64,000 nt of DNA from a virus. Positions 17,450-27,807 of the stretch are shown one piece after another (within the stretch, counting starts at the first letter, position 1; every line of letters begins with the position of its first letter). Made by a program: the position numbers and the translations under genes. Below the pieces are notes generated by a model, which was not told the origin of the DNA, did not search any database, and was given only the letters and a program-made list of their open reading frames with translations. Location of the stretch: positions 1 to 64,000 of the IMG/VR virus record IMGVR_UViG_3300028827_000100; one strand, 5' to 3'.

Positions 17450-18532
17450 TTGTTCGTCAAGAGGGCCGTCGAAGAATATGTTTTAAAAGATATAAAGCTC
17501 CCGGACAGGGAGATAGACGTACATGTTTATATCAGCGACATCTCATTCGACTTTGGCCCTCGTGGCGGTATACGCCTGAAGGACTATACGGTTGTAGATG
17601 TTGTTCCGTCAGAAGAATTGACGGAAGAAGATTATGACACCCTTGTAGACTCAATAGAAGATTGGCAAATAGAAGAACTTGAACAGAAAATACTGAACAG
17701 ATTGCGCTATATATCCGGTGGCTCCTACAAGATAAAGGGAGTGGATACCGGCGAGCGCAAGGTGGATGTTCTCGTCAAGGTTAGGGGTGTTGACTATCAC
17801 ATTTCGCCATCTGGCAATGTAACTCTGAATGACTATTTCGTTATAGACATCGTTCCGGTTGAAGAAGTAAGTGAAGAGGAGTACGACAATCTTGTTGACG
17901 AGATAGAGAGAAACAGAACGGATGAGCTTGAAGACAAGATAATAAAAAGACTGCAACGTGCGTCAGACAGGTCGTATGTATTGCGGGATGTTGTTATTCC
18001 CGGAAAGTCTGTTGATGTAACTGTTCAGATAGACGATGTAGAATACAGAATTGAAGACGGCGAAGTAGAGATTGAAGACTACAGCGTTATTGACGTTGAT
18101 ACATCTGTTGAGTTGTCGGATGCGGAGTATGAAGTCCTTGTTGACGCAATAGAAGACAGGCATATAGACGAACTTGAAGACCAGATAGCGGAGCGTGTAC
18201 AGGAGACGGTTGAGCAGACAAGGGAAGATGAAAAAGACATTACACTGTGTGATGCTATTTTCGGCACACTCGTTTTGAAAATAAGATATGGCGGTGGAGA
18301 CAGAATAATAGAGCCACATGCGTACGGCAGACATATAACGACGGGCAGGGAAGTATTGAGGGCGTGGCAACAATCGGGACACAGCAATTCCGGTATAAGG
18401 CGTGGCTGGAAGCTGTTTCTCGTTGACGAGATAAGAAATATAAAAGTGCTGAAAGGAGCAAAGTCTGGAGCACCAAGACCATTGTACAATCCAGACGACA
18501 GGCACATGGACGTTATATATTGTGCATTGTAA
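17450..18532 (+). CDS. protein with three ~80-aa acidic repeats and C-terminal WYL-like domain
   Basis: three DY.V.D....E.....Y..LVD.IE.....ELE..I..R units; then IRY..G.RIIEPHAYG..LRAWQ..GWKLFLVDEI. Confidence 0.8.
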   Translation: MFVKRAVEEYVLKDIKLPDREIDVHVYISDISFDFGPRGGIRLKDYTVVDVVPSEELTEEDYDTLVDSIEDWQIEELEQKILNRLRYISGGSYKIKGVDTGERKVDVLVKVRGVDYHISPSGNVTLNDYFVIDIVPVEEVSEEEYDNLVDEIERNRTDELEDKIIKRLQRASDRSYVLRDVVIPGKSVDVTVQIDDVEYRIEDGEVEIEDYSVIDVDTSVELSDAEYEVLVDAIEDRHIDELEDQIAERVQETVEQTREDEKDITLCDAIFGTLVLKIRYGGGDRIIEPHAYGRHITTGREVLRAWQQSGHSNSGIRRGWKLFLVDEIRNIKVLKGAKSGAPRPLYNPDDRHMDVIYCAL

Positions 18533-18562
18533 AGATAGTCCTGTATAAGGGAGGTAAAAAAA

Positions 18563-19291
18563 ATGACTAAACATCCAGAGTATCCATTGCTTGAAGCTAA
18601 CAGGTGGAGACGTGCCGACAATTATGCCGGAGAGACTTTTGAAGATTATTACGTGATTGTTGGCAGGTCAAGAGATTCCAATATTCTCGAAGAAGCAAAT
18701 TTTGAAGCGGCTTTGGAGAGGCTTGGCGGGGAGGATGATGTTAACGTTGTTATTGCAAGAGCAAGTCACTGGGCTGTTGGGTGGGTTGAAAGTTTGCTGG
18801 TATCCGACACTGCACCTGATGAAATTTTGGAAGAGGCAGAGCAGATTCTTGAGGACTTGCAGGCATACCCAATTCTCGACGAAGAGATTTACGTGGAGAA
18901 GGAAGAAGAAAAAATGCGAGAGGATGCGGTCACATATTCCAATGATATATATGAAGCGTTGAACATAGACACTGACAAAGTTGTGGAGCTTGGTCTTGAT
19001 AAGGTGGGGGATTTTGGCAAGTTTATAGAAATGCTACCAGCAATAATTATAGGTGATTTGTACTATTATTACAGAGAAGATTATCCACTTGATGAAGATA
19101 TTATCAGGGGAAGGCTTGATGGAGCGGTTGAGAATATGGGATGGGAAGAAGAGCTTAAACGGCTCTACAGACTTGCTCCCCTCATAGCACTTGACGAATC
19201 TGAATACACCAATGAAGAAGTGGAGAGCGCAAAAGAATATTACGAGCACATTCTTGCAGAAGAACGTGGACAGGAACGGTTGTTTGAATAG
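18563..19291 (+). CDS. acidic hypothetical protein, paralog of 13058-13777
   Basis: RSRDS.ILEEANF, HWAVGWVE, YPILDE. Confidence 0.75.
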   Translation: MTKHPEYPLLEANRWRRADNYAGETFEDYYVIVGRSRDSNILEEANFEAALERLGGEDDVNVVIARASHWAVGWVESLLVSDTAPDEILEEAEQILEDLQAYPILDEEIYVEKEEEKMREDAVTYSNDIYEALNIDTDKVVELGLDKVGDFGKFIEMLPAIIIGDLYYYYREDYPLDEDIIRGRLDGAVENMGWEEELKRLYRLAPLIALDESEYTNEEVESAKEYYEHILAEERGQERLFE

Positions 19292-19300
19292 AGGGATGTT

Positions 19301-19951
19301 ATGGAATATGCCACCACAATAAATGTAAACGGGGAAGATATAAAAGTTGAAAGGTTGAGAGATGGAGCGCACACGCTTGCTGGCAGTTTCGACAAGGCGT
19401 CGAGGTGGTATCCAGATGAAGAATATGTAGTGCCCGGCAGTTTTGAAGTTCGCTCACCGTCGAGAAGGTGGCCGTTTTCATATCTGAAACATTTTTATAC
19501 CTTGAAGTATGCGCAGATGCTTGCTTATCACAGGCCGGATTTGTATATGTATTTGCAGGGGATTGACAACAAGAGCGTTGACAGAATGGACAATACTGAT
19601 ACGAGTATTACGGCAAAGGTGGCAGCCGAGCTGTTGAAAATAGCAGAAGAATTGCTCGAAGACGAAATACCTACAGACGACGACGTTGTAACAAAGAGTG
19701 ATATACCAGAAGAACACGTGGACGCCATTGAAGGCGGCTACGGTGCAAATCTTGACATAGAAGATGTTGACGAAACACAGCTTGTCATGGGGATACAGCA
19801 TGAACTTGAACATACCGTGGATTCAAATTTGTCAGAGGATGAGAGAATAGAGATAGCAACTGATATTGCTCTTGACCATCTTGCGGAAGACCCGGAGTAT
19901 TATACAAATCTTCAGGTATATGAAGAAAGCAGAATAGAGAAAGTGGAATGA
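19301..19951 (+). CDS. two-domain protein with C-terminal DUF5661-like domain
   Basis: QL.MGI..ELEHT....IA.DHL.EDP.YYT.L. Confidence 0.7.
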   Translation: MEYATTINVNGEDIKVERLRDGAHTLAGSFDKASRWYPDEEYVVPGSFEVRSPSRRWPFSYLKHFYTLKYAQMLAYHRPDLYMYLQGIDNKSVDRMDNTDTSITAKVAAELLKIAEELLEDEIPTDDDVVTKSDIPEEHVDAIEGGYGANLDIEDVDETQLVMGIQHELEHTVDSNLSEDERIEIATDIALDHLAEDPEYYTNLQVYEESRIEKVE

Positions 19952-20010
19952 ATGTGACTAATATTGCGGGTTGACGCAGGCGGATTGATAAAACAGGAGG
20001 TTGCGTTACG

Positions 20011-20712
20011 ATGCCGAGAAAAAGACAGCTTGAAACCGTATACAGGTATGAGCCTCGAAGTGTAAAACCGAGAGGGGTTGAGAAGCCAAAGAAAATAGAA
20101 CGAATAACAGAAAGAGAAGTAAAGAAAGCCTTTGACAAGATATGGAAGAAAACGGAAAAGTTGAGGGAGCTGAAAGATACACAGCTTGAAATCCAGAGAA
20201 ATCTCGATGCTGTTAAGAAGGAATTGGAACAGGAAATTGCAGATGTCGGCAGGGAACTGGAAAAGTACATGAGAGAGTTCAACACTGCCTTTGATGCGGT
20301 TGGGTATGTTCTTGACAGAGTGTATGCTCTTGAAGACAAAGAGGGTGTTATACTTGCGGCTGTCAGGCAAATGTCTGTTTATGAATCGGATGAAGCAGGT
20401 GTAGAGCCGAAGAAGAAAAGCCCGTCTGTGATATTGCAGACATTGAAAGATATGGGAAAAGTTACTGACGAAATGATAGCAGAGGCAGAACAGCAAATAG
20501 ACGACTTCAACAAAGCACTCGAAAAGATAGGAAGGTATTTATATACGTTCCCACCCGCAAAGAAGGATGTGATAGCATCCAGAGTCAGATTGGCTGGAAT
20601 AGTTGATTTTTTGAAAGGGCTGTGGAACAGGGTTAAGAAGTTTGCATCAAATATGTTTGAATACGCCGCAGAGTTTGACGCTCTTGCGGACGAACTTGAA
20701 TCTTTTGTTTAG
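20011..20712 (+). CDS. coiled-coil hypothetical protein
   Basis: heptad-rich; GGAGG RBS. Confidence 0.75.
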   Translation: MPRKRQLETVYRYEPRSVKPRGVEKPKKIERITEREVKKAFDKIWKKTEKLRELKDTQLEIQRNLDAVKKELEQEIADVGRELEKYMREFNTAFDAVGYVLDRVYALEDKEGVILAAVRQMSVYESDEAGVEPKKKSPSVILQTLKDMGKVTDEMIAEAEQQIDDFNKALEKIGRYLYTFPPAKKDVIASRVRLAGIVDFLKGLWNRVKKFASNMFEYAAEFDALADELESFV

Positions 20713-20722
20713 TGGTGTGACA

Positions 20723-21046
20723 ATGAGAAAAAGGGCTTACGTTGTAAAAGATTTTATTAATTTAATGCGACAGTATTTCCACGGCGTAAATAGGATTGTA
20801 AGTAGTAGTGGCGAGATTATCGCAATAGAGGGATGGTGTTCATCAAGGCACGATGATTATGGTAGCTACAGAATCATGCTTAATTTGTATGAAGAGGGTG
20901 GTCAGGTTTTCGGTGATAAACTTAATGTATTATATTACGCACCGGATGGTGAGGAGTTTGTGCACAGTAGCACCTTTGTCGAAGGTGATTTGGGCGAAGT
21001 TGAGCGGGAATTGCAGGTTGTTTCCAATGTTATTGATTGTTTTTAA
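20723..21046 (+). CDS. hypothetical protein, paralog family 1 of 3
   Basis: DFINLMRQYF..V, IEGWC, GDLGEVE. Confidence 0.7.
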   Translation: MRKRAYVVKDFINLMRQYFHGVNRIVSSSGEIIAIEGWCSSRHDDYGSYRIMLNLYEEGGQVFGDKLNVLYYAPDGEEFVHSSTFVEGDLGEVERELQVVSNVIDCF

Positions 21047-21061
21047 GTTTTGGAGATTGCA

Positions 21062-21652
21062 ATGGAACTTAAAAAGTTTGAAAATTTAATGCGGCGGTAT
21101 TTTGAACACGTCAGTGTTGTTCCCGGTATAAGCCATTCTGATATAGAGGGATGGTGCTTTATTGGGGGCGGGCAGGACGCATACAGAATTGTGTTGCCAC
21201 TTTGCAGTGAAGACAATGGTGGCAACAGGCTTTCTGGTTGCGCTATTGAAGTTACATACTATGTCGGGAACAGGGAAAAAGAAAAAATGGACATTCCCCT
21301 CGTTACAGGGGATTTGGATGAGGTTGAGTGGACGTTGGGCAATCTGGTAAAGATGCTTGGGATGGAGTGTGGTAACAAGGATGTAAGGATATCTTCGAGA
21401 GAAATGCTACCAGCATTTGACTGGAGTGGTGGAGTATCTCCGCATTCTATAATATATCAGGTAAAGAGGGACAGGGTTGAAGAAATTGAAATTGGTGAAG
21501 GATTGTTTTTTGATGGCAAGTGGGAAAACTCACCATATGTTACCGTAAAAACGGAAAACGGAGGGTATCAAACGGTTAAATTCAGAACGTTTCAGCAAGC
21601 AGAGGAGTTTTACAGCTATATTACGTCAATTGATGAAAACAGGGAAGGGTAA
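21062..21652 (+). CDS. hypothetical protein, paralog family 2 of 3
   Basis: KFENLMRRYFEHV, IEGWC, GDLDEVE. Confidence 0.7.
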   Translation: MELKKFENLMRRYFEHVSVVPGISHSDIEGWCFIGGGQDAYRIVLPLCSEDNGGNRLSGCAIEVTYYVGNREKEKMDIPLVTGDLDEVEWTLGNLVKMLGMECGNKDVRISSREMLPAFDWSGGVSPHSIIYQVKRDRVEEIEIGEGLFFDGKWENSPYVTVKTENGGYQTVKFRTFQQAEEFYSYITSIDENREG

Positions 21653-21654
21653 AA

Positions 21655-21984
21655 ATGAAACTTAAAGAAATTGAAAATGCCATGAAAAAACATTTTGAGG
21701 ATGTTTGGAGTGACGACAGGTGGTTCGGTGGCGCAATAGTTACTGGTTCTTATTATACGGATGATGTGAATGTGAATTACGAGGTTATTGCTTATGCAAA
21801 TCCTATTGCAGGCATTGATGACGAATGGCAGGTAACAAGCGTTGAACTTGGAATGGTAGATTATTCCGACAATGAAGACGAATACGAGTATACACTTGTT
21901 GAAAGGCATGGGGTATATTCAAATGATATACACAAATTTGAAAAAGTGATAAGTTTGATAAGTTCTTTTTTGCTTAACATATAG
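21655..21984 (+). CDS. hypothetical protein, paralog family 3 of 3
   Basis: EIENAMKKHFEDV. Confidence 0.7.
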   Translation: MKLKEIENAMKKHFEDVWSDDRWFGGAIVTGSYYTDDVNVNYEVIAYANPIAGIDDEWQVTSVELGMVDYSDNEDEYEYTLVERHGVYSNDIHKFEKVISLISSFLLNI

Positions 21985-22026
21985 GGGTGCTATCTTGTTG
22001 ATGAAAATACTGTACTTGAGGAGGAA

Positions 22027-22416
22027 ATGGGGATGGGATATGCCGGAAAGCATCAAAAACTTGATTTGAGGGATGTGGTAAAGAATGTTGCCATAGCCAG
22101 AGTTGAAACGTTCTTTTTGGGCGATGAAATAGATGAGCCGATCAGGGTTGGTGTTGTATGGGACGATTCCGGGTTCACCCCGCTTGGTGCTATGTTTGTT
22201 GCTGATGAGGCAACTTCTCCGTATGAAGTTATAGAAGCCTCGTTTGAGGTATTGACAAGTTATTATCTTGAAAACTGCATGGAATACATACAGGAAGCTA
22301 TTGATGAGGGTTATGATTTTGATGAAGGTTGGAGTGGCGAATATTGGGAACTTACTCTCAACGAGGCCATGTCAATTAAGGAATTGAGGGATGCTATCAA
22401 TTCATACTTGGAATAA
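22027..22416 (+). CDS. acidic hypothetical protein
   Basis: GAGGAGG RBS. Confidence 0.7.
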   Translation: MGMGYAGKHQKLDLRDVVKNVAIARVETFFLGDEIDEPIRVGVVWDDSGFTPLGAMFVADEATSPYEVIEASFEVLTSYYLENCMEYIQEAIDEGYDFDEGWSGEYWELTLNEAMSIKELRDAINSYLE

Positions 22417-22419
22417 AGG

Positions 22420-23388
22420 GTGGTAAAAGTGATAAAGAAAGCTTCAGATTTTTTTCAGGTCTGGATGCATTCGGATGGTACTTACAGGATAGTGGATTCG
22501 CACAGAGACTATATAGGTGAAATCGCAGAAACGATGAACCTTGAAGAGTTGAAAAAGTTTGGTCTCACTGTAGAAGATGCAAGGAAAATAGCAGAAAACT
22601 GGGATGTGGAATCGAGTGAGCGTGAATTGCCAGATTATATATGGCGCAAAATAATGCACAATGACAACTACAGGCTGGGTCTGTATGACAGAAACAGGAT
22701 ATACATAGAAACAGTTGAATACAGTGACAGGCTGTTGAGACTTTTTCAGAGAAACATGCCGGAAGAAATGTACAGGGCGAAGACGGTTATTTGGGACAAC
22801 ATAGACAGCAACGAGCCGCCTATCGAGGTTTCGTTTGACAGATTCATGGATGCAAGAAACCTTGATGAGTTGACTGGAAGGAGTAATGAGGACATGCCGG
22901 AATATCATCAAATTATAACGCAGTATCACGAAGGCAGAAAGAAGAAGTCGTGTCAGTCCGTGGAATCAATAGCACTTGCAATCATATCGCTTGCAGAGCA
23001 ATTGCTTGCCGGGGCAAGCCCGGACAGCGTTGCGGATGAAATAGTCAACGTTGTTGATTCGATTGGCGTGTGGCAGGGGGAAACAAGTGATATAGACAGA
23101 TATTTCGTCGATATAGATTCCGAAAGCGGGAGCATTTCAAAATACGACTATCTTAAATCGAGATTGTACTGGCACGATGGAAAGGGGCCTGTTCAGGTGA
23201 AAGACTTTTACAGGTATCTTGAGCCTGAAGATTTGTCTGGCGATATGTTGAGACATGACGTTGTTGCATTGACAACATATGAGACTCTAATGGAAGAGGG
23301 TGAAGTTCTTACACCTGAAATAGTTGAACTGTTGCTTTCTTTTATGAAAGAAAATCCTTACGTGCTTGGAGTTCCAAGTGTCGCATAG
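22420..23388 (+). CDS. hypothetical protein
   Basis: long ORF; N-terminal KKAS; internal IA..II.LAEQLL. Confidence 0.75.
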   Translation: MVKVIKKASDFFQVWMHSDGTYRIVDSHRDYIGEIAETMNLEELKKFGLTVEDARKIAENWDVESSERELPDYIWRKIMHNDNYRLGLYDRNRIYIETVEYSDRLLRLFQRNMPEEMYRAKTVIWDNIDSNEPPIEVSFDRFMDARNLDELTGRSNEDMPEYHQIITQYHEGRKKKSCQSVESIALAIISLAEQLLAGASPDSVADEIVNVVDSIGVWQGETSDIDRYFVDIDSESGSISKYDYLKSRLYWHDGKGPVQVKDFYRYLEPEDLSGDMLRHDVVALTTYETLMEEGEVLTPEIVELLLSFMKENPYVLGVPSVA

Positions 23389-23399
23389 GGGGTGAGTGG

Positions 23400-23606
23400 A
23401 TGTCTAAAACATATGTATTTGAAATTGACCACCCTGGGGAATGGGGTGCCGGAATTTGGCCTTACGATGATGTTGTGAGTATTACGGTAAAGAGTGGGAA
23501 TCCAGGTGGTGAAGAAGGTGAATTTGAAGAGTTCATGCTTGCGTGTTTGCAGGAATGGTATTGGGGAGCAAATGTTACATTGAAATATACAAGGGGTGGA
23601 AAATGA
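23400..23606 (+). CDS. small hypothetical protein
   Basis: ORF overlapping next start. Confidence 0.6.
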   Translation: MSKTYVFEIDHPGEWGAGIWPYDDVVSITVKSGNPGGEEGEFEEFMLACLQEWYWGANVTLKYTRGGK

Positions 23607-24284
23607 ATCCGGTAGAACTTAAAAATGATATGTCGTTTTGGCAGGAGATGGCAGAAGAAATATCTTATGATATAAGTTATGAAAATTTGAGCAAGGCTCT
23701 TTTAGAAGATATTGTGTCACAGTATGGCGATTATGAGGTTAGAATTTATGATGGTGTATCATATATTGTTTTGAATATGAAAATGAGAGGGTTGCCTGAT
23801 TGGGGTGAACTGCTGAATGCTGTCAGGGAGAAGTATCCAGACATTTCCGATGACGAATTTGAAGAACTGGAAGATGAATTGGGAGATTATTTAGATGATA
23901 AATTTTATCATGAAGTTTCCTCTTTTCATGGTGATTTGGTGGCGGAGGTTGGCAGTGAGGTTTCTGTTGTAGGAAGAAGTGGTGGTTGGTGGGGTTTTGA
24001 TGCTACTGATATTGATTTTATTATAAGGCCGGCATGTTTGAGAGATGTCGTGTTGAATGACGACGATATTGTAAGTGATATTGAGAATGCCGTCGACAGC
24101 GAGGGGGGCTTTTGATATTGTGTATAATGACATTGCCTATGTTAATTTGGGCGAATGTATTGATGTTTCCAAAGAGTGGGAAACTAAATTGACATCGTTT
24201 TCAAATATCATGAGAGAAACGGCAGAGCGTTGGGAATCGTCACCAGATTGGTGGGTTGAAGATTTTTCGTGGAGGAAGGAATAA
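23603..24284 (+). pseudogene. acidic protein split by a +1 frameshift (23603-24115 and continuation to 24284)
   Basis: GRSGGW-motif protein stops just after G6/T4 runs at 24103-24113; removing one base gives continuous acidic sequence DSEGAFDIVYNDI... Confidence 0.55.
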
Positions 24285-24299
24285 TAGGGGTGTTCTGAA

Positions 24300-25031
24300 A
24301 TGGCTAAATACTCACTTGAAAATTTACCGGACAAAAACATTACAATGCAGTTTGATACTGATTGGCTTTTGGTTGATGTATTTAAATTGCTTGAAAGTCC
24401 TATTGAAGATACCATTGAGACCATGCAGGTGCAGGTATGGTCAGCGCATTACGAGCCTGTTAACATAGCAGAGACCATGCTTCATGTTGATGTTAGGGAT
24501 GGAGAGTATATTGATGCCAATGGTAATGTTATCAGTGAAGAAGCTGAAAGAGAAATAGAACAGGCTGTGTGGAGCGCAGAAGAATCCGGTATTATGAAAG
24601 CATTTGTGAATATGGCACTTGCAAAACTTGAAGAAGTGCTGGAACAATTTTCAGGTATACATGTGGAATATGATTACTATGACGAAGATGGGTTGATTGT
24701 TGACATTGTTGCAGAACCAAAAGGTATTTTGGACGCAAAGGTTGATTTTGACAAGACATATGTCAAGATGAACCTTGACATTGTTCATATAATAAATGGG
24801 ATGATAACAGGTTATGGGCTTGTTGGTATAGATGAGACTGAATGGAACAGTTTGAACGAAATAAAAGAATATATACGAACGAGATTTCACTGGCTCAATG
24901 AATATTGGGATATATATGGTGGCAGAAAGCCGTGGCTGTCTTACGACATTGCAGATGAAGGTTTCGACGAAGAATATTTTATTGAGCTTATTAGGGATAT
25001 TGAGCAAAGGTATGGGTTGGCATTGCTGTAA
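24300..25031 (+). CDS. acidic hypothetical protein
   Basis: D/E-rich ORF. Confidence 0.75.
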   Translation: MAKYSLENLPDKNITMQFDTDWLLVDVFKLLESPIEDTIETMQVQVWSAHYEPVNIAETMLHVDVRDGEYIDANGNVISEEAEREIEQAVWSAEESGIMKAFVNMALAKLEEVLEQFSGIHVEYDYYDEDGLIVDIVAEPKGILDAKVDFDKTYVKMNLDIVHIINGMITGYGLVGIDETEWNSLNEIKEYIRTRFHWLNEYWDIYGGRKPWLSYDIADEGFDEEYFIELIRDIEQRYGLALL

Positions 25032-25052
25032 AAAAAGTAAGTGTAAAGGAGG

Positions 25053-26090
25053 ATGGGTATGACCGTGCATGAATTTTTAAAGGGCGCAACGCAGGAAGAA
25101 AAGGATACACTTGTTGAGTACGCAAAGATGCTTGGGAAAAGTACGTCGAAACTTACAGCGACGGATATGTACAACTATCTTACGTGGATAGAACAGGGTA
25201 TGCCGTCAGACTTTGATGTAAAAAAGAAAAGAAGAAAGAAATCGTTTTTTGACAGGAAGGCGGCAACGGAAGATGAATTGATTGCCGGATTTGCAGAGTT
25301 CAAGGGTGTTAATCCTAAAGATATTGAAATGTCAAAAGTCCCCACCTACAGCGACGTCGAGGTTGAAGTGGATGGTGAGGAGTGGTCTCTGTTTGAAAGT
25401 TACGATTCAGCGGAAGAGGTTGCAAGAGAGGTGTTGAGAGATAATATTGAGTCTGATTTGGAAGCATACAGCGATACGTTAATAAACAACTACCTCGATG
25501 AGGACAGGATAAGGGCAGACCTATCGTACGACGCTGGAAATGCTATTGCGGAAGAGATAATGGAGGGCGTATACGATGATGTGCTTGAAGAGTATTTTTC
25601 AGATGGCGATGGTGTGGACGAATATATGGAGTGGGTTGAAGAAAAAATAGCAGAAGATACAATATGGGGTGAGCTTGATGACGATATAGATTTTGAGAAT
25701 CCAGAATCAATAAGGGACAAGTATACAGAAGAGGATTTTGAAGACTTTGGTTTTGATGAGGACGATATTGAAAAAGCCATAGAGACAGTAAAGGATTATG
25801 AATCCATCTACCCGGTTGAAACATTTATAGAAGAACGTGGCAGAGAGATTGTGGCTGATGGCGAAGGGCCGTATGATAAGTTTGTTGAAAGTTATATAGA
25901 GAGTATGTTGAGTGAGATAAATTCATTCTTTACGAATGAACAACTATTAAACTATGTTGATATAGATTCTTTTGTTGATGATGTTGTCAGATATGACGGC
26001 ATAGGTTTTGTTCTCAATTCTTATGATGGTGAATACGAGGAGTTTGATTACGGGGATGGGCAAATTGGAATAGCAATAAGACTGGATTAG
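25053..26090 (+). CDS. extremely acidic hypothetical protein with basic linker
   Basis: KKKRRKKSFFDRKAA followed by D/E-rich body ending DG.G..L.SYDG. Confidence 0.8.
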   Translation: MGMTVHEFLKGATQEEKDTLVEYAKMLGKSTSKLTATDMYNYLTWIEQGMPSDFDVKKKRRKKSFFDRKAATEDELIAGFAEFKGVNPKDIEMSKVPTYSDVEVEVDGEEWSLFESYDSAEEVAREVLRDNIESDLEAYSDTLINNYLDEDRIRADLSYDAGNAIAEEIMEGVYDDVLEEYFSDGDGVDEYMEWVEEKIAEDTIWGELDDDIDFENPESIRDKYTEEDFEDFGFDEDDIEKAIETVKDYESIYPVETFIEERGREIVADGEGPYDKFVESYIESMLSEINSFFTNEQLLNYVDIDSFVDDVVRYDGIGFVLNSYDGEYEEFDYGDGQIGIAIRLD

Positions 26091-26095
26091 GGACG

Positions 26096-26656
26096 GTGTG
26101 TATGAACAGCATTGATGTTGCAAGAAGGTTAATCCATATTGCAGAAGAACTTGTAGGTGGCACAACTGGCGGTGAAGACGAAGTTGTGCTTTCGGCAAAA
26201 GAAGTTCTTTACGATTTGGTTGATTTTGTATCTCCTTTTGTTGGTGATTATGCTTACACTATCAGAACTTCTGTGGAAATTTATGTTCCAGACAATACAA
26301 AGTCCGGTCATGTATATGTTTCTGGAGAAGGAGATGCAGAAGACCTTGGTGTACATGTATCGAGTACGCTTGATGGTATGGATGGTTGGGATATGTTTTT
26401 TGGTGAAGGTCATGTTGAATATATCAACGATCAGGGGTTGTGGTATATAGATATTCCCGCAAAGTACAGGAGCATGAATATTGGCGTTTCCGGCATTCCT
26501 GTTCCTTCTGAAGAAGACCTGTTGAAAATACAGAGTCAAATGGATGATATGTGGTTTGAAATTGAAAGAGCATATGCGTCCATATACCATTTTGTTGTCA
26601 ATATATACGATGAGAGTAACAGGTTTGTCGGCGATATAAAAATTGGGATAGCATAA
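26096..26656 (+). CDS. hypothetical protein
   Basis: N-terminal VARRLIHIAEEL. Confidence 0.75.
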   Translation: MCMNSIDVARRLIHIAEELVGGTTGGEDEVVLSAKEVLYDLVDFVSPFVGDYAYTIRTSVEIYVPDNTKSGHVYVSGEGDAEDLGVHVSSTLDGMDGWDMFFGEGHVEYINDQGLWYIDIPAKYRSMNIGVSGIPVPSEEDLLKIQSQMDDMWFEIERAYASIYHFVVNIYDESNRFVGDIKIGIA

Positions 26657-26667
26657 GGGGGTATAAT

Positions 26668-27804
26668 ATGCCTAACGAGAAGGTTGCGTCTGTTGTGGCT
26701 AAAATAAAAAAGCAAGGTTCGAGTGTCGAAAGGGATGAGCTGAAAAAAGAACTTGCAAGAATGATTGTAAATGGTGAAATAACAAAGCCTGAGGCTGTAC
26801 AGGTTTTGAACTTCTTTGACATTGAGGCCGGAGTAAAAAGGGCGCAGGATGGACAGCCGGACGTTGAAGCGATAGGCAAAGAGCTTGATAGGGCACAGGA
26901 ACAGTACGAGAAAGAACTTGAAAAATCCATAGGGGAAACAGAAGACTTTGAAAGCAAGGATGAAAATTTCGATGGAAAGAGGCTCTCAAATACGCAATGC
27001 ACGGCAGACCCATCCATACAGGTTACACTTGAAAGAAATATATGTCAGGACTTTGAGAAAATAGAGAAATGCGTCAGGGACTTTTGTTCTTTTTATCCTT
27101 CCACGAGAAAAGTTGTGCTTACGGAAACAGAAGCAAGTATATCCAAAGTATCTTTTGAAGTTGGGGACAGGGTTGTTTGCCCCAAGGGCTGGCATGGCAC
27201 TGTACAGGCCGTTAAGCCGAACAGGGTTATGGTTGAGTGGGATCACGACGGAACAAGAAGTGAAATAGACCCTGCAAAACTGAAAAGGGAATCGTCAAAA
27301 AATGACGACGACTACATAGAGGTGGATGGAAGAGTTTTCAGAATGGAAGGAAACACTTTTGGTGAGAAGATAAGAAATATCAGAGACAAACTTATGTCCG
27401 TGTTTGGTGCTAACAGAACAAGTGAAATAATAAATGGAATGGTGCACGACAAAAGGGCAAGTTCATTCCAGGGTGTAAGGTTGCACGGTTTGAAACTTGA
27501 AGCCGGAAAGAGATATGGCGTACTGGTAAAAGACTTTGATGGCGTGAAGACTGCCGGAGTGCTTGCATCTGTAGAATCGTACAAAGATGGGAGTGTTGCT
27601 GTGGTAGTTGACTTGGGCAATACCAGACTGTCAGTACCCGGTTCTTTCGTTTTGAAAGCGAGTGTTATATGCGGTTATTACATAGGTACGGACGGAACGT
27701 GTGTAAGGAATTGTCCTGAAGAAGGGGTGCTTGCCGGTGGGCCGTGTGCATATACGGAAATAGAACAGCCTCTGTGCGCATGCTATACAGAGGTAAGAGA
27801 ATAG
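26668..27804 (+). CDS. multi-domain hypothetical protein with SH3/KOW-like segment and Cys-rich C-terminus
   Basis: FEVGDRVV..KGWHGTV....VMVEWD; C-terminal Cys cluster. Confidence 0.75.
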   Translation: MPNEKVASVVAKIKKQGSSVERDELKKELARMIVNGEITKPEAVQVLNFFDIEAGVKRAQDGQPDVEAIGKELDRAQEQYEKELEKSIGETEDFESKDENFDGKRLSNTQCTADPSIQVTLERNICQDFEKIEKCVRDFCSFYPSTRKVVLTETEASISKVSFEVGDRVVCPKGWHGTVQAVKPNRVMVEWDHDGTRSEIDPAKLKRESSKNDDDYIEVDGRVFRMEGNTFGEKIRNIRDKLMSVFGANRTSEIINGMVHDKRASSFQGVRLHGLKLEAGKRYGVLVKDFDGVKTAGVLASVESYKDGSVAVVVDLGNTRLSVPGSFVLKASVICGYYIGTDGTCVRNCPEEGVLAGGPCAYTEIEQPLCACYTEVRE

Positions 27805-27807
27805 GAG

